From Sphingomonadales bacterium (GTDB taxonomy: Bacteria > Pseudomonadota > Alphaproteobacteria > Sphingomonadales > Sphingomonadaceae), in contig JBBSTE010000002.1 in the NCBI GenBank assembly GCA_038236185.1, positions 3,219 through 35,218 of the forward strand: a stretch of 32,000 nt of DNA. Direction: 5' to 3'. Every line of letters starts with the position of its first letter. Position 1 is the stretch's first letter. A program made the translations under genes and the position numbers. Positions 1-10,000 of this stretch are shown in pieces. The notes beneath the pieces are model-generated. The model was given only the letters and a program-made list of their open reading frames with translations, had not been told where the DNA came from and did not search any database.

Positions 1-1423
1 TGCCGCGTGCATTCTCGCCCGCGGTATCCATGTAGCGCCGGAAGTCCTTCGCCTTTGGGCTATCCGGCCCCGCTGCGGTCCACGGCCAGTTGTTGGTGTT
101 CATCACCCAGCCAATACGCGGGCGCAGCACACTCGGCAGGCTCGCGAGCGGGTGCAGCCCTCGCCAGTCGGTCGCGGGGTCGCTGCCATCGACCGCACGG
201 GTATAGTCGAAGCGCGCGTCGCGGATCGGCACGAATTGCGGGTGGAGATAGGCGATCTCGCCCTTCGAATCGGCGAAGATCGTGTCGTTCGACGAATTCG
301 CCTTGCGCTCGGCGCTCTGGAGATAGGAGGCGAGGTCGGTCGCCTTGGTTCTGAGCCAGCTCTGCTCGAGCGCCGGCACTGGCTTCCACATCAGCGCCTC
401 GGCTATCCACTTGCCGTCGCGCGATGCGACGATCGGGCCGTGGTGTGCGTGCCAGGTCGTGAAGCTCCGCGTGCCGAGCGTCCCATCGGCGTTACGGAAG
501 CGGATCGTGACAGGCGTGGCGATGAGCGGCCTGAGCGCCGTGCCGTAGCGGTAGAAGCGCTTGCCGCCTTGCGTGACGACGGTCTCGGCAAATTCATCGA
601 CGTTATCGACGCCCGACGATGTGTGCATCCAGCCGGCGTTGCGGTTGAAGCCCTGGTAGATGAAGAACTGGCCCCAGGTCGATGCGCCGTACGCGTCGAG
701 TCCCGCGTCGCTCGTCATCTGCAATTCGGCGCGGAAGTAAAAGCTGGTGTGCGGGTTGATCAGCAGCAGCGCATGGCCGTCGCGGGTCTTGGCGGGCGCG
801 ATGGCGATGCCGTTCGATCCGCGCGGTTCGCGTGGGGTCGCGCCAGTCTCCTCGGCGTTCATCGCGACCTTGGTGTCGCCGTAGAAGCTCGCCAGTTCGG
901 AGAGCGAGATTCGCTCGATGTCGCCGCCGATGCTGCCTTCGGTGAACGACAGCGCCATCCACGGTTCGAATCGTGTCAGCACCTTCGGCTTCACCGCCGG
1001 ATGCGTCGCGAGATAATAGTTCAGTCCGTCGGCCCAGGCGTCCATCAAGCGCCGCAGCCACGCCGGGCTGGTGCGATAGCGCGCCTTGAGGTCGGCGGGA
1101 TCGACGTAGAGCCGCTGGCGCAAATCCTGCCAGATCGCCTTCTCGCCCTCCGCCTCGGCGGTGCGGCCGAGCGCGGTCAGGTAATTCGTCTCGACGCGCG
1201 AGAAATCGTCCTCGGCCTGCGCGTAGATCGCGCCGAATACCGCGTCGGCGTCGCTGCGGCCGTGAACGTGCGCGATGCCCCAATCGTCGCGGGTGATCGT
1301 CACGCGCGCCGCCTCCGCCCGAAGCCGTGCGTCTTCGGAAGGGGCGGCGGTGGCTAGGGCGGGGCTGACGAGCAGCGCGAGGGCGAGGAGCGGGTTGCGG
1401 AGCGACCGCGGGTGTTTATCCAT
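1..1423 (-). CDS. Penicillin-acylase family (S45 Ntn-hydrolase) protein, AHL-acylase/PvdQ-QuiP-like, secreted; partial (C-terminus lies beyond the left window edge)
   Basis: Absent from the ORF track because it runs off the window edge. Reading the reverse complement from ATG 1423-1421 gives an open frame down to position 2: MDKHPRSLRNPLLALALLVSPALATAAPSED... (signal peptide) ...EPRGSNGIAIAPAKTRDGHALLLINPHTSFYFRAELQM...NAGWMHTSSG... The GSNG serine (codon 817-815, about residue 203) sits where the autoproteolytic N-terminal nucleophile Ser of the beta subunit lies in this family. GC3 is high. Confidence 0.8.
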   Translation of the reverse strand, partial: MDKHPRSLRNPLLALALLVSPALATAAPSEDARLRAEAARVTITRDDWGIAHVHGRSDADAVFGAIYAQAEDDFSRVETNYLTALGRTAEAEGEKAIWQDLRQRLYVDPADLKARYRTSPAWLRRLMDAWADGLNYYLATHPAVKPKVLTRFEPWMALSFTEGSIGGDIERISLSELASFYGDTKVAMNAEETGATPREPRGSNGIAIAPAKTRDGHALLLINPHTSFYFRAELQMTSDAGLDAYGASTWGQFFIYQGFNRNAGWMHTSSGVDNVDEFAETVVTQGGKRFYRYGTALRPLIATPVTIRFRNADGTLGTRSFTTWHAHHGPIVASRDGKWIAEALMWKPVPALEQSWLRTKATDLASYLQSAERKANSSNDTIFADSKGEIAYLHPQFVPIRDARFDYTRAVDGSDPATDWRGLHPLASLPSVLRPRIGWVMNTNNWPWTAAGPDSPKAKDFRRYMDTAGENARG

Positions 1424-1468
1424 GCGGTAAAGCTATCGGCGGACGGCGCGGGCGACAAGGAGTTGAGC

Positions 1469-2740
1469 ATGAAACGAATCCTCGCCTTGCTGCTCGCGAT
1501 CGCCGCGTCCGCCAGCGCGGCGCCGCCCGCCGACGAGTCCGCGCCGATCCTTCTGCGTCCGGCGCGGGTGTTCGACGGGGTCGATCCGGTGCCGCATCCC
1601 GGATGGGAGGTTTTGGTCGAGGGCGACCGGATCGTCGCGGTCGGCGCGGCGCTGGCGGTACCGGCGGAGACGCGGACGATCGATTTGCCGGGCGAGACGC
1701 TGATCCCCGGCATGATCGAGGGGCACGGTCACCTCTTCCTTCACCCGTATAACGAAGCGAAGTGGGACGATCAGGTGCTCCACGAGCCGCTGGCGCTGCG
1801 CACCGCGCGGGCGGTGATGGCGGCTCGCGCGACGCTGATGGCGGGGTTCACCACCGAACGCGATCTTGGCACTGAAGGCGCAGGCTTTGCCGATGTCGGG
1901 TTGAAACAGGCGATCGAGCAGGGGATCGTGCCGGGGCCGCGATTGATTGTTGCGACCCGCGCGATCGTCGCGCGCGGTGCTTACGGGCCGAAAGGGTTCG
2001 AGCCGGGCGTCGCGGTACCGCAGGGGGCGGAGGAAGCGAGCGGCATCGACGAGATCGTCCGCGCGGTGCGCGATCAGATCGCGGGCGGCGCCGATGTCGT
2101 GAAGCTGTACGGAGATTATCGCTGGCGGCCGGGCGAGGAGAGCCGCCCGACCTTCTCGCTCGCCGAGATGCGCGCGGCGGTCGAGGCGGCGCACGATGCC
2201 GGGCGGATCGTCGCGGTTCACACCTCGACCGCCGCGGGGATGCGCCGCGCCATCGCGGCGGGGGCGGACACGATCGAACACGGCTATGGCGGGACCGCAG
2301 AGATTTTCGCCGACATGCGCAAGCACGGCATGACTCTGTGCCCGACCCTCGCCGCCGCCGACGCGGTCGCACGATATGCCGGGTGGAATGGAGCCGAGCC
2401 TGCGCCGGCGGGGGTGATGGCGAGCCGCCACGGCTTCGCGCTCGCCCGCGCGGCTGGAGTCGCGATTTGTGCCGGAGGCGATGTCGGCGTTTTCCCGCAC
2501 GGCGACAATGCGCGCGAGCTTGAGCTGATGGTCGCGGGCGGCATGTCGCCCGCGGCCGCGATGATCGCGGTCACCTCGACCAACGCGCGCGCGTTTCATC
2601 TCGCCGACCGCCTCGGCGCGATCAAGCCGGGCCTAGCCGCCGATCTCGTCGCCGTCGAAGGCGATCCGACGCGCGATATCGCCGCCGCGCGCGCGGTGCG
2701 GCTGGTGATGAGCCGCGGCAGGATCGTCCCCGCGCCGTGA
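1469..2740 (+). CDS. Secreted metal-dependent amidohydrolase family protein (COG1228-like)
   Basis: Track ORF 1412..2740. The preferred start is ATG 1469, preceded by AAGGAG at 1457-1462. N-terminus MKRILALLLAIAASASAAPP is a signal peptide. IEGHGHLFLHP metal-binding HxH motif and later VHTSTAAG, DTIEHG, GGDVG motifs are typical of the amidohydrolase superfamily. Confidence 0.8.
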   Translation: MKRILALLLAIAASASAAPPADESAPILLRPARVFDGVDPVPHPGWEVLVEGDRIVAVGAALAVPAETRTIDLPGETLIPGMIEGHGHLFLHPYNEAKWDDQVLHEPLALRTARAVMAARATLMAGFTTERDLGTEGAGFADVGLKQAIEQGIVPGPRLIVATRAIVARGAYGPKGFEPGVAVPQGAEEASGIDEIVRAVRDQIAGGADVVKLYGDYRWRPGEESRPTFSLAEMRAAVEAAHDAGRIVAVHTSTAAGMRRAIAAGADTIEHGYGGTAEIFADMRKHGMTLCPTLAAADAVARYAGWNGAEPAPAGVMASRHGFALARAAGVAICAGGDVGVFPHGDNARELELMVAGGMSPAAAMIAVTSTNARAFHLADRLGAIKPGLAADLVAVEGDPTRDIAAARAVRLVMSRGRIVPAP

Positions 2741-2817
2741 CCGCCGTTGTGCGCCGCCGCGCGGCTGCTTATACACCCCGATCATGATTCCGGCCCGATT
2801 TTGGTGGTTCCTCCGCA

Positions 2818-4944
2818 TTGGTGAAATGGCACGGCATAGCTGACGCCGACGCGACCTTTTCTGTCCTCTCGACGGTCACCACGCCGGGTCCGTTCGTCGC
2901 CTTCGCGCGCATGTTGTTGGACGACGGGGTCGTTGCGCCGCTCGCGCCGCTTGCCGAAGACATGTTGGCGCGCTGGCCGAGGAACGAGCGGGTGGGGGCG
3001 TTGCGTGACGACATCGCCGCACGCGCGGCGCGAATGCGGAACACCGGGGCCGCGGCGCTGGATGCGAGACGCGCGATGCCCCGGATCCGGAAGGCCGTGG
3101 CCGAAGTCCGGAAATCGGCGGACCCGCTACGGATCATGCTCGCCGCGGACCTGGCGGTCCGCACCTTTCCGGAACAGAGCTGGGCGCTCGAGAATATGTT
3201 GCGCGTCCTGAATGGTTCGAGCCGGTTCGAGAGCGCTTTGGCGGAATTCGATCGCGCGCCGATCGTCGCGAAAAGCACGAGCGAGGTCGCGTTCCAGGCG
3301 TATGTCGCGGCGGTTCGCGGCGATACTCCGCGACAAGCCACGCTACGCGCGTCGGCGATGGCGGTCATGGCGGAGTCCCCTCACGCGGATTTGTGGGAAG
3401 GGCGTGTGCTCCGGCTCGAAAACGAGGTCGATCGCGCGCTGGATGCGTTCGCGCGCGCAGCCGAAGCCGATCCCGACGACGCGCTCGCGCTTCGCGAGGT
3501 GGCGTCGTTCAGCCTCGCGCTCGGGCGGATCGGCGGATATGCCGCTTACATCCTGAAGGCGGAAGCGACCGCGCCGCCCGAGCTGCGAGCCGCGACGGCG
3601 GCCGCGCGCGATCTGCTCGCCGCCGCGGGCGGCTCGCTCGAACAGGCGGCGACCGGACAAGAGCCGTCGGTATCGATCACCTCTCCGGCGACCGCGTTCG
3701 ACCTGGTGTGCGGCGATGCGGCCATCGCGCCCTATGAACCGGCATCGGCGCTGATGATGGTGGGCGGGTCGCTCGCCGCCGGCGGGGCCGAGCGCATCCT
3801 GACGACGCTGTTCGCCGCATATCGGCGCGCGCTCGATCCCGGGGCGGTCAGCCTGGCTTTGTTCGAATGCGTCGCCGACGCGCCGACCTCCTTCTATTTG
3901 CCGCAGGCGGAGATCGCGATATCCGACATCCTGATCGCGCGCGCGACCGACGTTTCCCAACCGAAGATCGCCTGGTTACCCAGGCCGATGGGACTGAGGG
4001 CGCAGGCGATCCACGATCACATCCGGGCGGTGAAGCCCGCGGTCGTTCACGCGTCGCTCGACATGGCGAACGTCTGCGCCGCTTACGCCGCGATCCTGGC
4101 GGGCGCGCCGCGCATCGTGCTCCACGTCCACAATATGCGGCCGACCGATCTGGCGGTGGCGGGCGCGTACAATCCCGATTTCGACCATTGCTACCGCGCG
4201 CTGCTGCGTCGGCCCGAGGTTCATCTCGTCGCGGTGTCGCAGGCGACGCTCGACGATTATCTCGACTGGATCGGGCTGGAGCGGAATGCGCGGACCCACG
4301 TCATCCACAATGGCTTCGACTTCACCGATTTCGACCAGGGCGGCGGGCATGAAGCGGCGATGAAGCTGCGCCGCGACCTCGGCATCGCGCCGGGCGCGCG
4401 CCTGATTGGCACCGCCTTCCGCTTCGCCGAACTGAAGCGGCCCGATTGGTGGGTGGCGATCGCGGCGCAGGTCGCGGCGCGGCACCCGGACACGCAGTTC
4501 ATCCTGTTCGGCGATGGCGAGCGGCTGGAGGAGACGCGGGCGCTGGCGAGCGCGCTCGGGCTGGACGGGCGCATCCATTTTCCGGGGCGCGTCACCAATT
4601 TGAACGAATTGATCGGCGCGCTCGACCTGTTCATGCTGACGTCGCGGACCGAAGGATTACCCAACGTCCTGATCGAGGCGCAGGCGGCGGGCGTGCCGGT
4701 CGTCAGCTTCGACGTCGGCGGCGCGCGCGACACCTTCGCCGACGGCGTGACCGGGTGCCTCGTCGCCGAACAGTCGATCGCGGCGATGGTCGGCGCGGTG
4801 TCGGACCTGCTTGGCTCGCCCGAGGCATTGAAGGCGGCGGGAGAAGCGGCGCCCCTCTATGTCCGCCAACACTTTCCGGTGAAGCGCATGATCGACGATC
4901 TCGCGGCGGTTCTCGGCAATCCAAAACAGTCGCGAGGAGTTTGA
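2818..4944 (+). CDS. Fusion protein: N-terminal helical (TPR-like) region of about 300 aa plus C-terminal GT4 (group 1, GT-B) glycosyltransferase
   Basis: 708-aa ORF. The C-terminal module (about 3739..4944) has the GT4 signature ...FMLTSRTEGLPNVLIEAQAAGVPVVSFDVGGARDTFADGVTGCLV. The N-terminal part is Ala/Leu/Arg-rich helical repeat. The start is uncertain: TTG 2818, GTG 2821 or ATG 2911. It is a paralog of the C-terminus of the 7005..10562 gene. Confidence 0.8.
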   Translation: MVKWHGIADADATFSVLSTVTTPGPFVAFARMLLDDGVVAPLAPLAEDMLARWPRNERVGALRDDIAARAARMRNTGAAALDARRAMPRIRKAVAEVRKSADPLRIMLAADLAVRTFPEQSWALENMLRVLNGSSRFESALAEFDRAPIVAKSTSEVAFQAYVAAVRGDTPRQATLRASAMAVMAESPHADLWEGRVLRLENEVDRALDAFARAAEADPDDALALREVASFSLALGRIGGYAAYILKAEATAPPELRAATAAARDLLAAAGGSLEQAATGQEPSVSITSPATAFDLVCGDAAIAPYEPASALMMVGGSLAAGGAERILTTLFAAYRRALDPGAVSLALFECVADAPTSFYLPQAEIAISDILIARATDVSQPKIAWLPRPMGLRAQAIHDHIRAVKPAVVHASLDMANVCAAYAAILAGAPRIVLHVHNMRPTDLAVAGAYNPDFDHCYRALLRRPEVHLVAVSQATLDDYLDWIGLERNARTHVIHNGFDFTDFDQGGGHEAAMKLRRDLGIAPGARLIGTAFRFAELKRPDWWVAIAAQVAARHPDTQFILFGDGERLEETRALASALGLDGRIHFPGRVTNLNELIGALDLFMLTSRTEGLPNVLIEAQAAGVPVVSFDVGGARDTFADGVTGCLVAEQSIAAMVGAVSDLLGSPEALKAAGEAAPLYVRQHFPVKRMIDDLAAVLGNPKQSRGV

Positions 4945-5652
4945 ATGGTTCGCTTCATCATCCTGATGCAATGGGGCCGCGTCGGCAGTAATTTGGTGGT
5001 CAACATCATCAACCAGTCGGGTTCGGTCAAGATGACCAACGAGCGGTTCAACACGATCCGCGACCGCGACGGGCAGGTCGCGCAATACCGGTCGCATTTC
5101 GAGATCGGCGAGGAAGCGCATGCGCATCGCCTGATCGGCACCAAGGAAAACGTGATGACGCTGGCGGACCGCGACGAGTTCGCGGTGATGCTTCGCGCCG
5201 ACGGCGTTCGGATCATCCGTATGCGCCGCGACGATCTGCTGAAGGCCGCGGTCTCCCAGATGCGCGCCGAGCTTTACGCGGCCAAGACGAAGGAGGAGCT
5301 GGGACAGGCCAAATGGGCGGTCCGCCGCGGCGACACGCCGCTCGGACCGACCGCGATCGACCCTGCGACGCTAGTGACGCGCATGGGGATGATGGACCGC
5401 GCGCGCGAGAGGCTGATGACGCTGTTCGCGTCCGGCGAAGTGTTCGACATCGAATATGAGGACATCCTGCACGGCCTTGACGGCGTCGTGACGGGCGTTC
5501 GCGCGCACCTCGATTTGCCGGCCGACGCGCCGTTCCGCGTGCCCTTCATCAAGGCCACGCCCGACGATCTGGCGTCGGTGATCGTCAACTACGACGAGGT
5601 CGCCGCCGCTGTGCGATCGTCACCCTACGGCGCGCTGCTGCCGGTGAAGTAA
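4945..5652 (+). CDS. Sulfotransferase-like protein (Stf0/NodH-like P-loop sulfotransferase fold)
   Basis: The ATG directly abuts the upstream TGA (4942-4944), indicating translational coupling. N-terminal ILMQWGRVGSNLVVNIIN resembles the 5-prime-PSB (PAPS phosphate-binding) loop. IRMRRDDLLKAAVSQMRA resembles the RRD/N-x-L-x-Q-x-VS 3-prime-PB motif of Stf0/NodH enzymes. The first ~200 bp look lower in GC than the surroundings. The call rests on motifs only. Confidence 0.55.
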   Translation: MVRFIILMQWGRVGSNLVVNIINQSGSVKMTNERFNTIRDRDGQVAQYRSHFEIGEEAHAHRLIGTKENVMTLADRDEFAVMLRADGVRIIRMRRDDLLKAAVSQMRAELYAAKTKEELGQAKWAVRRGDTPLGPTAIDPATLVTRMGMMDRARERLMTLFASGEVFDIEYEDILHGLDGVVTGVRAHLDLPADAPFRVPFIKATPDDLASVIVNYDEVAAAVRSSPYGALLPVK

Positions 5653-5653
5653 A

Positions 5654-6934
5654 TCACAGCGTCCAGCGGTCGATGTCCCCCAGATCGCGCCCCCGCCAGA
5701 TCGCCTTCATGTCGGCGAGCAGGCCGCCCGGCGCGATCAGGCCGGTCACTTCGGTATCGGGCATCTCGCAATAGGCGCGGTGCGAGACCGTCGAGACGAC
5801 GACATCGTACGTGCGGCCGAGCGCCTCGGGATCGAGTTCGAGGCCGTATTCATGGGTCACCTCGGCGGGGTCGGCGAGCGGATCGTGGATCGTCACCTTG
5901 TGCCCAAGCCAGCGCAGCCGCTCGATCACGCTATGCGTGCCGGTATTGCGGAGATCGGGCACGTTCTCCTTGAAGGTGAAGCCGAGTACGAGGACGCTTC
6001 CGGCGCGGCAGGCGCGGCGCGAGTGGATCCGGTCCGCGACCCACGCGCCCATGCCGTCGTTGGTCGATCGCCCCGAGAGCACGACCTTCGGCTCGTGGCC
6101 GAGCTCCTGCGCCAGATGGCTGAGATAGAACGGATCGACCCCGATGCAGTGGCCGCCGACGAGACCCGGCGTGAACGGCAGAAAGTTCCACTTCGTCCGC
6201 GCCGCGTCGAGCACATCCCACACCGACAGGTCGATATCGGCGAAAACCCTGGTGATCTCGTTCATGAACGCGATGTTGATGTCGCGCTGCGCATTCTCGA
6301 TGACCTTCGCGGCCTCGGCGGCTTTGATCGATCGCGCCTTGAAGGTGCCGCCGGTGGTGATCGCACCGTACATCGCGGCGAGCGTCTCGGTCACTCCTTC
6401 GTTCTCGCCCGCGACGACCTTGGTGATGCGGTTGACGGTATGCTCGGTGTCGCCAGGATTGATCCGCTCGGGCGAATAGCCGAGGAAGAAATCCGTGCCG
6501 CGAACGAGGCCCGACAAGGATTCGAGCAGCGGCCCGCAATGATCCTCGGTGACGCCGGGATAGACCGTGCTTTCGTAGACGACGATCGTCCCGCGCCCGG
6601 CCTCGAGCATCGCCGCGACGGTGCGGGTCGCACTCAGGACGGGGTGCAGATCGGGGCGCTTGGCCTGGTCGACCGGGGTCGGCACGGTGACGATGTAGAC
6701 GTGGGCGCCGCGCGCCTGATCCGCGCTCGCCGTCAGCACCAGCGTCGAAGCGGTCAGCCGATCGTGTGCGATCTCGTTGGTCCGGTCGAGACCGTCGCGC
6801 AGTTCGTCGATCCGGCGCGAATCGATGTCGAAACCGACGACCTCATGCTCGTCCGCCAGCGCCACCGCCAGCGGCAGCCCGACATAGCCAAGCCCGATAA
6901 CGCAGATCTTCAGCCGCTTGCCGCTATCCATCAT
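5654..6934 (-). CDS. Nucleotide-sugar 6-dehydrogenase, TviB/WbpO/CapL type (UDP-N-acetylhexosamine or UDP-glucose family dehydrogenase)
   Basis: Track ORF 5654..7243, trimmed to ATG 6934 (MMDSGKRLKICVIGLGYVGLPLAVALADEHEVVGFDIDSRRIDELRDGLDRTNE...), with GGGAG 6-10 nt upstream. It has a GxGYVG Rossmann motif and a catalytic-Cys region GLVGGHCIGVDPFYL. Its length of about 426 aa is typical of TviB-like enzymes. The 103-aa N-terminal extension in the track is Arg/Ser/Pro-rich junk. Confidence 0.85.
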   Translation of the reverse strand: MMDSGKRLKICVIGLGYVGLPLAVALADEHEVVGFDIDSRRIDELRDGLDRTNEIAHDRLTASTLVLTASADQARGAHVYIVTVPTPVDQAKRPDLHPVLSATRTVAAMLEAGRGTIVVYESTVYPGVTEDHCGPLLESLSGLVRGTDFFLGYSPERINPGDTEHTVNRITKVVAGENEGVTETLAAMYGAITTGGTFKARSIKAAEAAKVIENAQRDINIAFMNEITRVFADIDLSVWDVLDAARTKWNFLPFTPGLVGGHCIGVDPFYLSHLAQELGHEPKVVLSGRSTNDGMGAWVADRIHSRRACRAGSVLVLGFTFKENVPDLRNTGTHSVIERLRWLGHKVTIHDPLADPAEVTHEYGLELDPEALGRTYDVVVSTVSHRAYCEMPDTEVTGLIAPGGLLADMKAIWRGRDLGDIDRWTL

Positions 6935-7004
6935 ATCTCCCTTGCAACGCCCGTCCGCGAAATTTCCGCGCGCGCGCGCCGCCCCTAGACCATAATCACG
7001 CGAC

Positions 7005-10000
7005 TTACAGCGTCGATTGGTCCGCCTCGGCAAAGCCATACAAACCGACGATCTGATCGATCGCGGTCTCGGCGCCGAAGCGCGCATGAACGAAATCGGG
7101 CGCGGCGGCGCGGGCGCGCGCGAACCAGACGCGGTCGTCGAACGCCGCGACGATGGCGTCGCCGACCGCTTCGGGCGTCGAATCGACCGGCACCAGCATG
7201 CCGGTGACGTCGGCGTCCATCGTCTCTCCAGCCCCGCCGACATCGGTCGAAACCGGGATGACGCCGAAATGCTGTGCTTCGATGAGCATGTTGGGCAGCC
7301 CCTCGCGATCGGAGGTCAGCAGCGCGACGTCCATCGCCCGATACCACGGACCGAGGTCGCCGATCGACCCCGGCAAGTGCAGCCGGTCCGCGAAGCCCTC
7401 GGCTTCGGCATAGGCCGTCATCGCGTCCTTCATTTCGCCGTCGCCGAGCATCAGGAAGCGCGCCTCGGGGTGGCGGGTCAGGATATGCTTCGCGGCGGCG
7501 AGCCACAGCAAGGGCCGCTTGACGCGATGAAAGCGGAACGCCGCGCCAATGACGAGATCGCCCGGCGCGGCGCCGATCGAGAGGCGCACCGAATCGTCGG
7601 GGTCGTGCGACGGCCCGAGCCGCGCGAAATCGACGATATTGTGGACGAGCGAGAAGCGGGCCGGGTCGTCGCAGCTCGTCCATTCGCGGTCGGAGCGCAC
7701 GCCCGACATCGCATTGTTGATGAACCCGAAGCCCGGCCAGGAGACGAGGCGGCGATAGGTGTGCTGCATCGGCCGGACGGTCGCGAGATGCTGCGGCACG
7801 GTCAGATCCCAATGATCGGGGGTCAGCGAGCCGCGGTGGATGAAGAAGCGCGGCACCCCGGCGAGCACGCAGGCTAAAGCCGCGGCGAAGAAATCCTGCC
7901 GGATGTGGACGACCGCCGGGCGCCGCTCGAGCAGAAGCGGAACGAGCTGACAGATCGTGGCGCGAAGCCCTTCCGGCAGCAGCGGCAACGCGGCCGACAG
8001 CGGCGAATCCGGCGGCTCTTTCAGCAGCGCGAGCACGCGCGCGCCGTCGATCGGATCGTGCTCGAACACGTGAAACCCGATTCCCGACGCCTCGACCTGC
8101 GGCAGGAAGAAACCGCGCCGCTCGGGCGTGACGCTCCGCACCAGCAAGGACTGCGTCGCGACGCGCGGGTCGCGTGAGATCGCCTCGATCACCGAGACCG
8201 CTTGCCGTTCGCCGCCGCCCGCCGCGAGCGCCGCAACGATCGTCACCAACGAACGCGGCACGGGATCATAGAGTCGCTGCGGCGCACGATCGAAAATCGT
8301 GTCGATCAGATATTGCGGGTAGAGCGCGTCCGGCGATGGGGCCACCGCCGCGATGGTCGCGGCGGCGTTGCGCAAGGGCGCATAGGGCCGGCCCGACGGC
8401 GCCGCCCCGCCATCGGTCGCCAAGTCACGCGCGACGGTTCCATATTCCCCGAAGCGCGCCGCCAGCAAGGCGCGCTCGTTCGCGAAGGAGACGATCGTAC
8501 TGTCTGGCCACCGGTCGTGGCCCTCGTCGAGCAACGCCCGGGCGCGGGCGTAGTCGAAACCGGCCCAGGCGAAGAGCGCTTCCGTCCACAGCGCGAGTTC
8601 CGCGGGAAGGCCGGGATCGAGCGGGATCGCGGCTGCGTCGGCGAGCGGTGCAGCGTCGGCCCGGCGCCAGCTCCGCGCGAGCATCGTCCGCATCGCCTCG
8701 ACGTAGGCGGATGTCTTGATCGTCGGCCGCAGCGTGCCGGCGGCGATGCCGAGCGCGATCGGATAGAAGGAGTCGGAGCGTTCGAGCGCGTATAGCGAGC
8801 GGAGCGCCGTCGGTACGACCGCATCGCTGCGGTTGTTCGAGACCGCCGCGCTCCAGAACCGATCAACCTCCGCCGTTTGCGCCGCGGTAAACAAACGCGC
8901 GACATCGCGCAGATCGTTGACGGCGACATCGGGGATCGGCGCCAATCGCGCCGCGAACTCGGCGACGTCGCGGGGCGATCCGGCCAAAGCGGCGAGCTTC
9001 GCCCCGTGAAGCCAGATGGATCCGCCAAGGCCGGTCGTCAACGCGCGGAACACCGCGACGCCGGCCGCGGCATCGTCCGGCGTGCTGAACCGATCCGCGA
9101 CGGCTCCGGCCAATTCCGGCGACAGCGCCAATAGCCTGTTCAGGATTTCGGGATCGGCCGAAAGATCGGCGGTCCGCAGCAGCGCCGCCGCGGAATCCGA
9201 TACCAGGCGGTGCGGCCGCGTTCCCGCCTGCAACGTGCTCAGCAGCGCGATCGCCTCCGCCAAATCGGCCAGAGGCCGTTGTTGGGGCGCCGCGGCGCCT
9301 CGCCGGCTTGCGGCAAGCCTGGCGTCGAATTCGGCGGCGGATTCGGAAGCGCCGGCGAGGTTCGCGAGTCTTGCCGCCTGGGCCCAGACGGCGGCGGCGT
9401 GATCAGGGCCGAGCGCGCTGAACAGCCGAACGCCCGCCGCCGCATCGTCCGGTGTCAGAAATCGTTCGGCGACGATTTCCGCCAGTTGTGGCGCGGCTAA
9501 CAACACCCGGTCCAGTGCGTCGGAATCGGCTGCGAGATCGGCGGTTCGCAGCAAGATCGCGGTAGCGTCCGAAGTCAGGCGGTACGGCCGCGTTCCCGGT
9601 TGCAAGGATCCGAGGAGCGAGGCGGCCTCTTCGATGCTGACGATCGGTTCCTGTTGCGGACGCGCCGCTTTTGGCCGGGACGGCGGGTGCGTCGCCACGA
9701 TTGCGAGCGTGCGCTCGATCGCCCGACGCCGCGGAGTCTCCGAATCGATCGCGTCCAACTGGGCAAGCGCGCGCCGGGCGATATCGGCGGTCGCGGCGGA
9801 AGGATCGCCCGCGACCGCTTCGTTGAGCGTGTCGAGGAGGTTTCGCACCGCGCGATCGACCTCGCCGCGATGGCTCTCGAATGCGTGTGCGGCGACGCAG
9901 TGTCGCGCCGCTTCGACAAAGTCGCCCCGCTCGCTCAGCGCGCGTATGAGATCGAGCCGAAGCCCGGGATCAGCGGGATCGAGCGAGACGAGATGCGCGA

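Noticed and set aside
152-1357. 401-aa plus-strand ORF at the left end, plus the minus-strand fragments 603..1283 and 60..410.
   Set aside because: Arg/Gly/Val-rich with no motifs. The minus-strand frame opening at 1423 encodes a convincing S45 acylase across the whole region, so these are shadow or off-frame ORFs.
2741-2817. Possible Rho-independent terminator after the amidohydrolase gene (GC-rich gcgccgccgcgcggc followed by a T-containing stretch).
   Set aside because: The stem is short and imperfect and is not followed by a proper U-tract, so I could not support it from the sequence alone.
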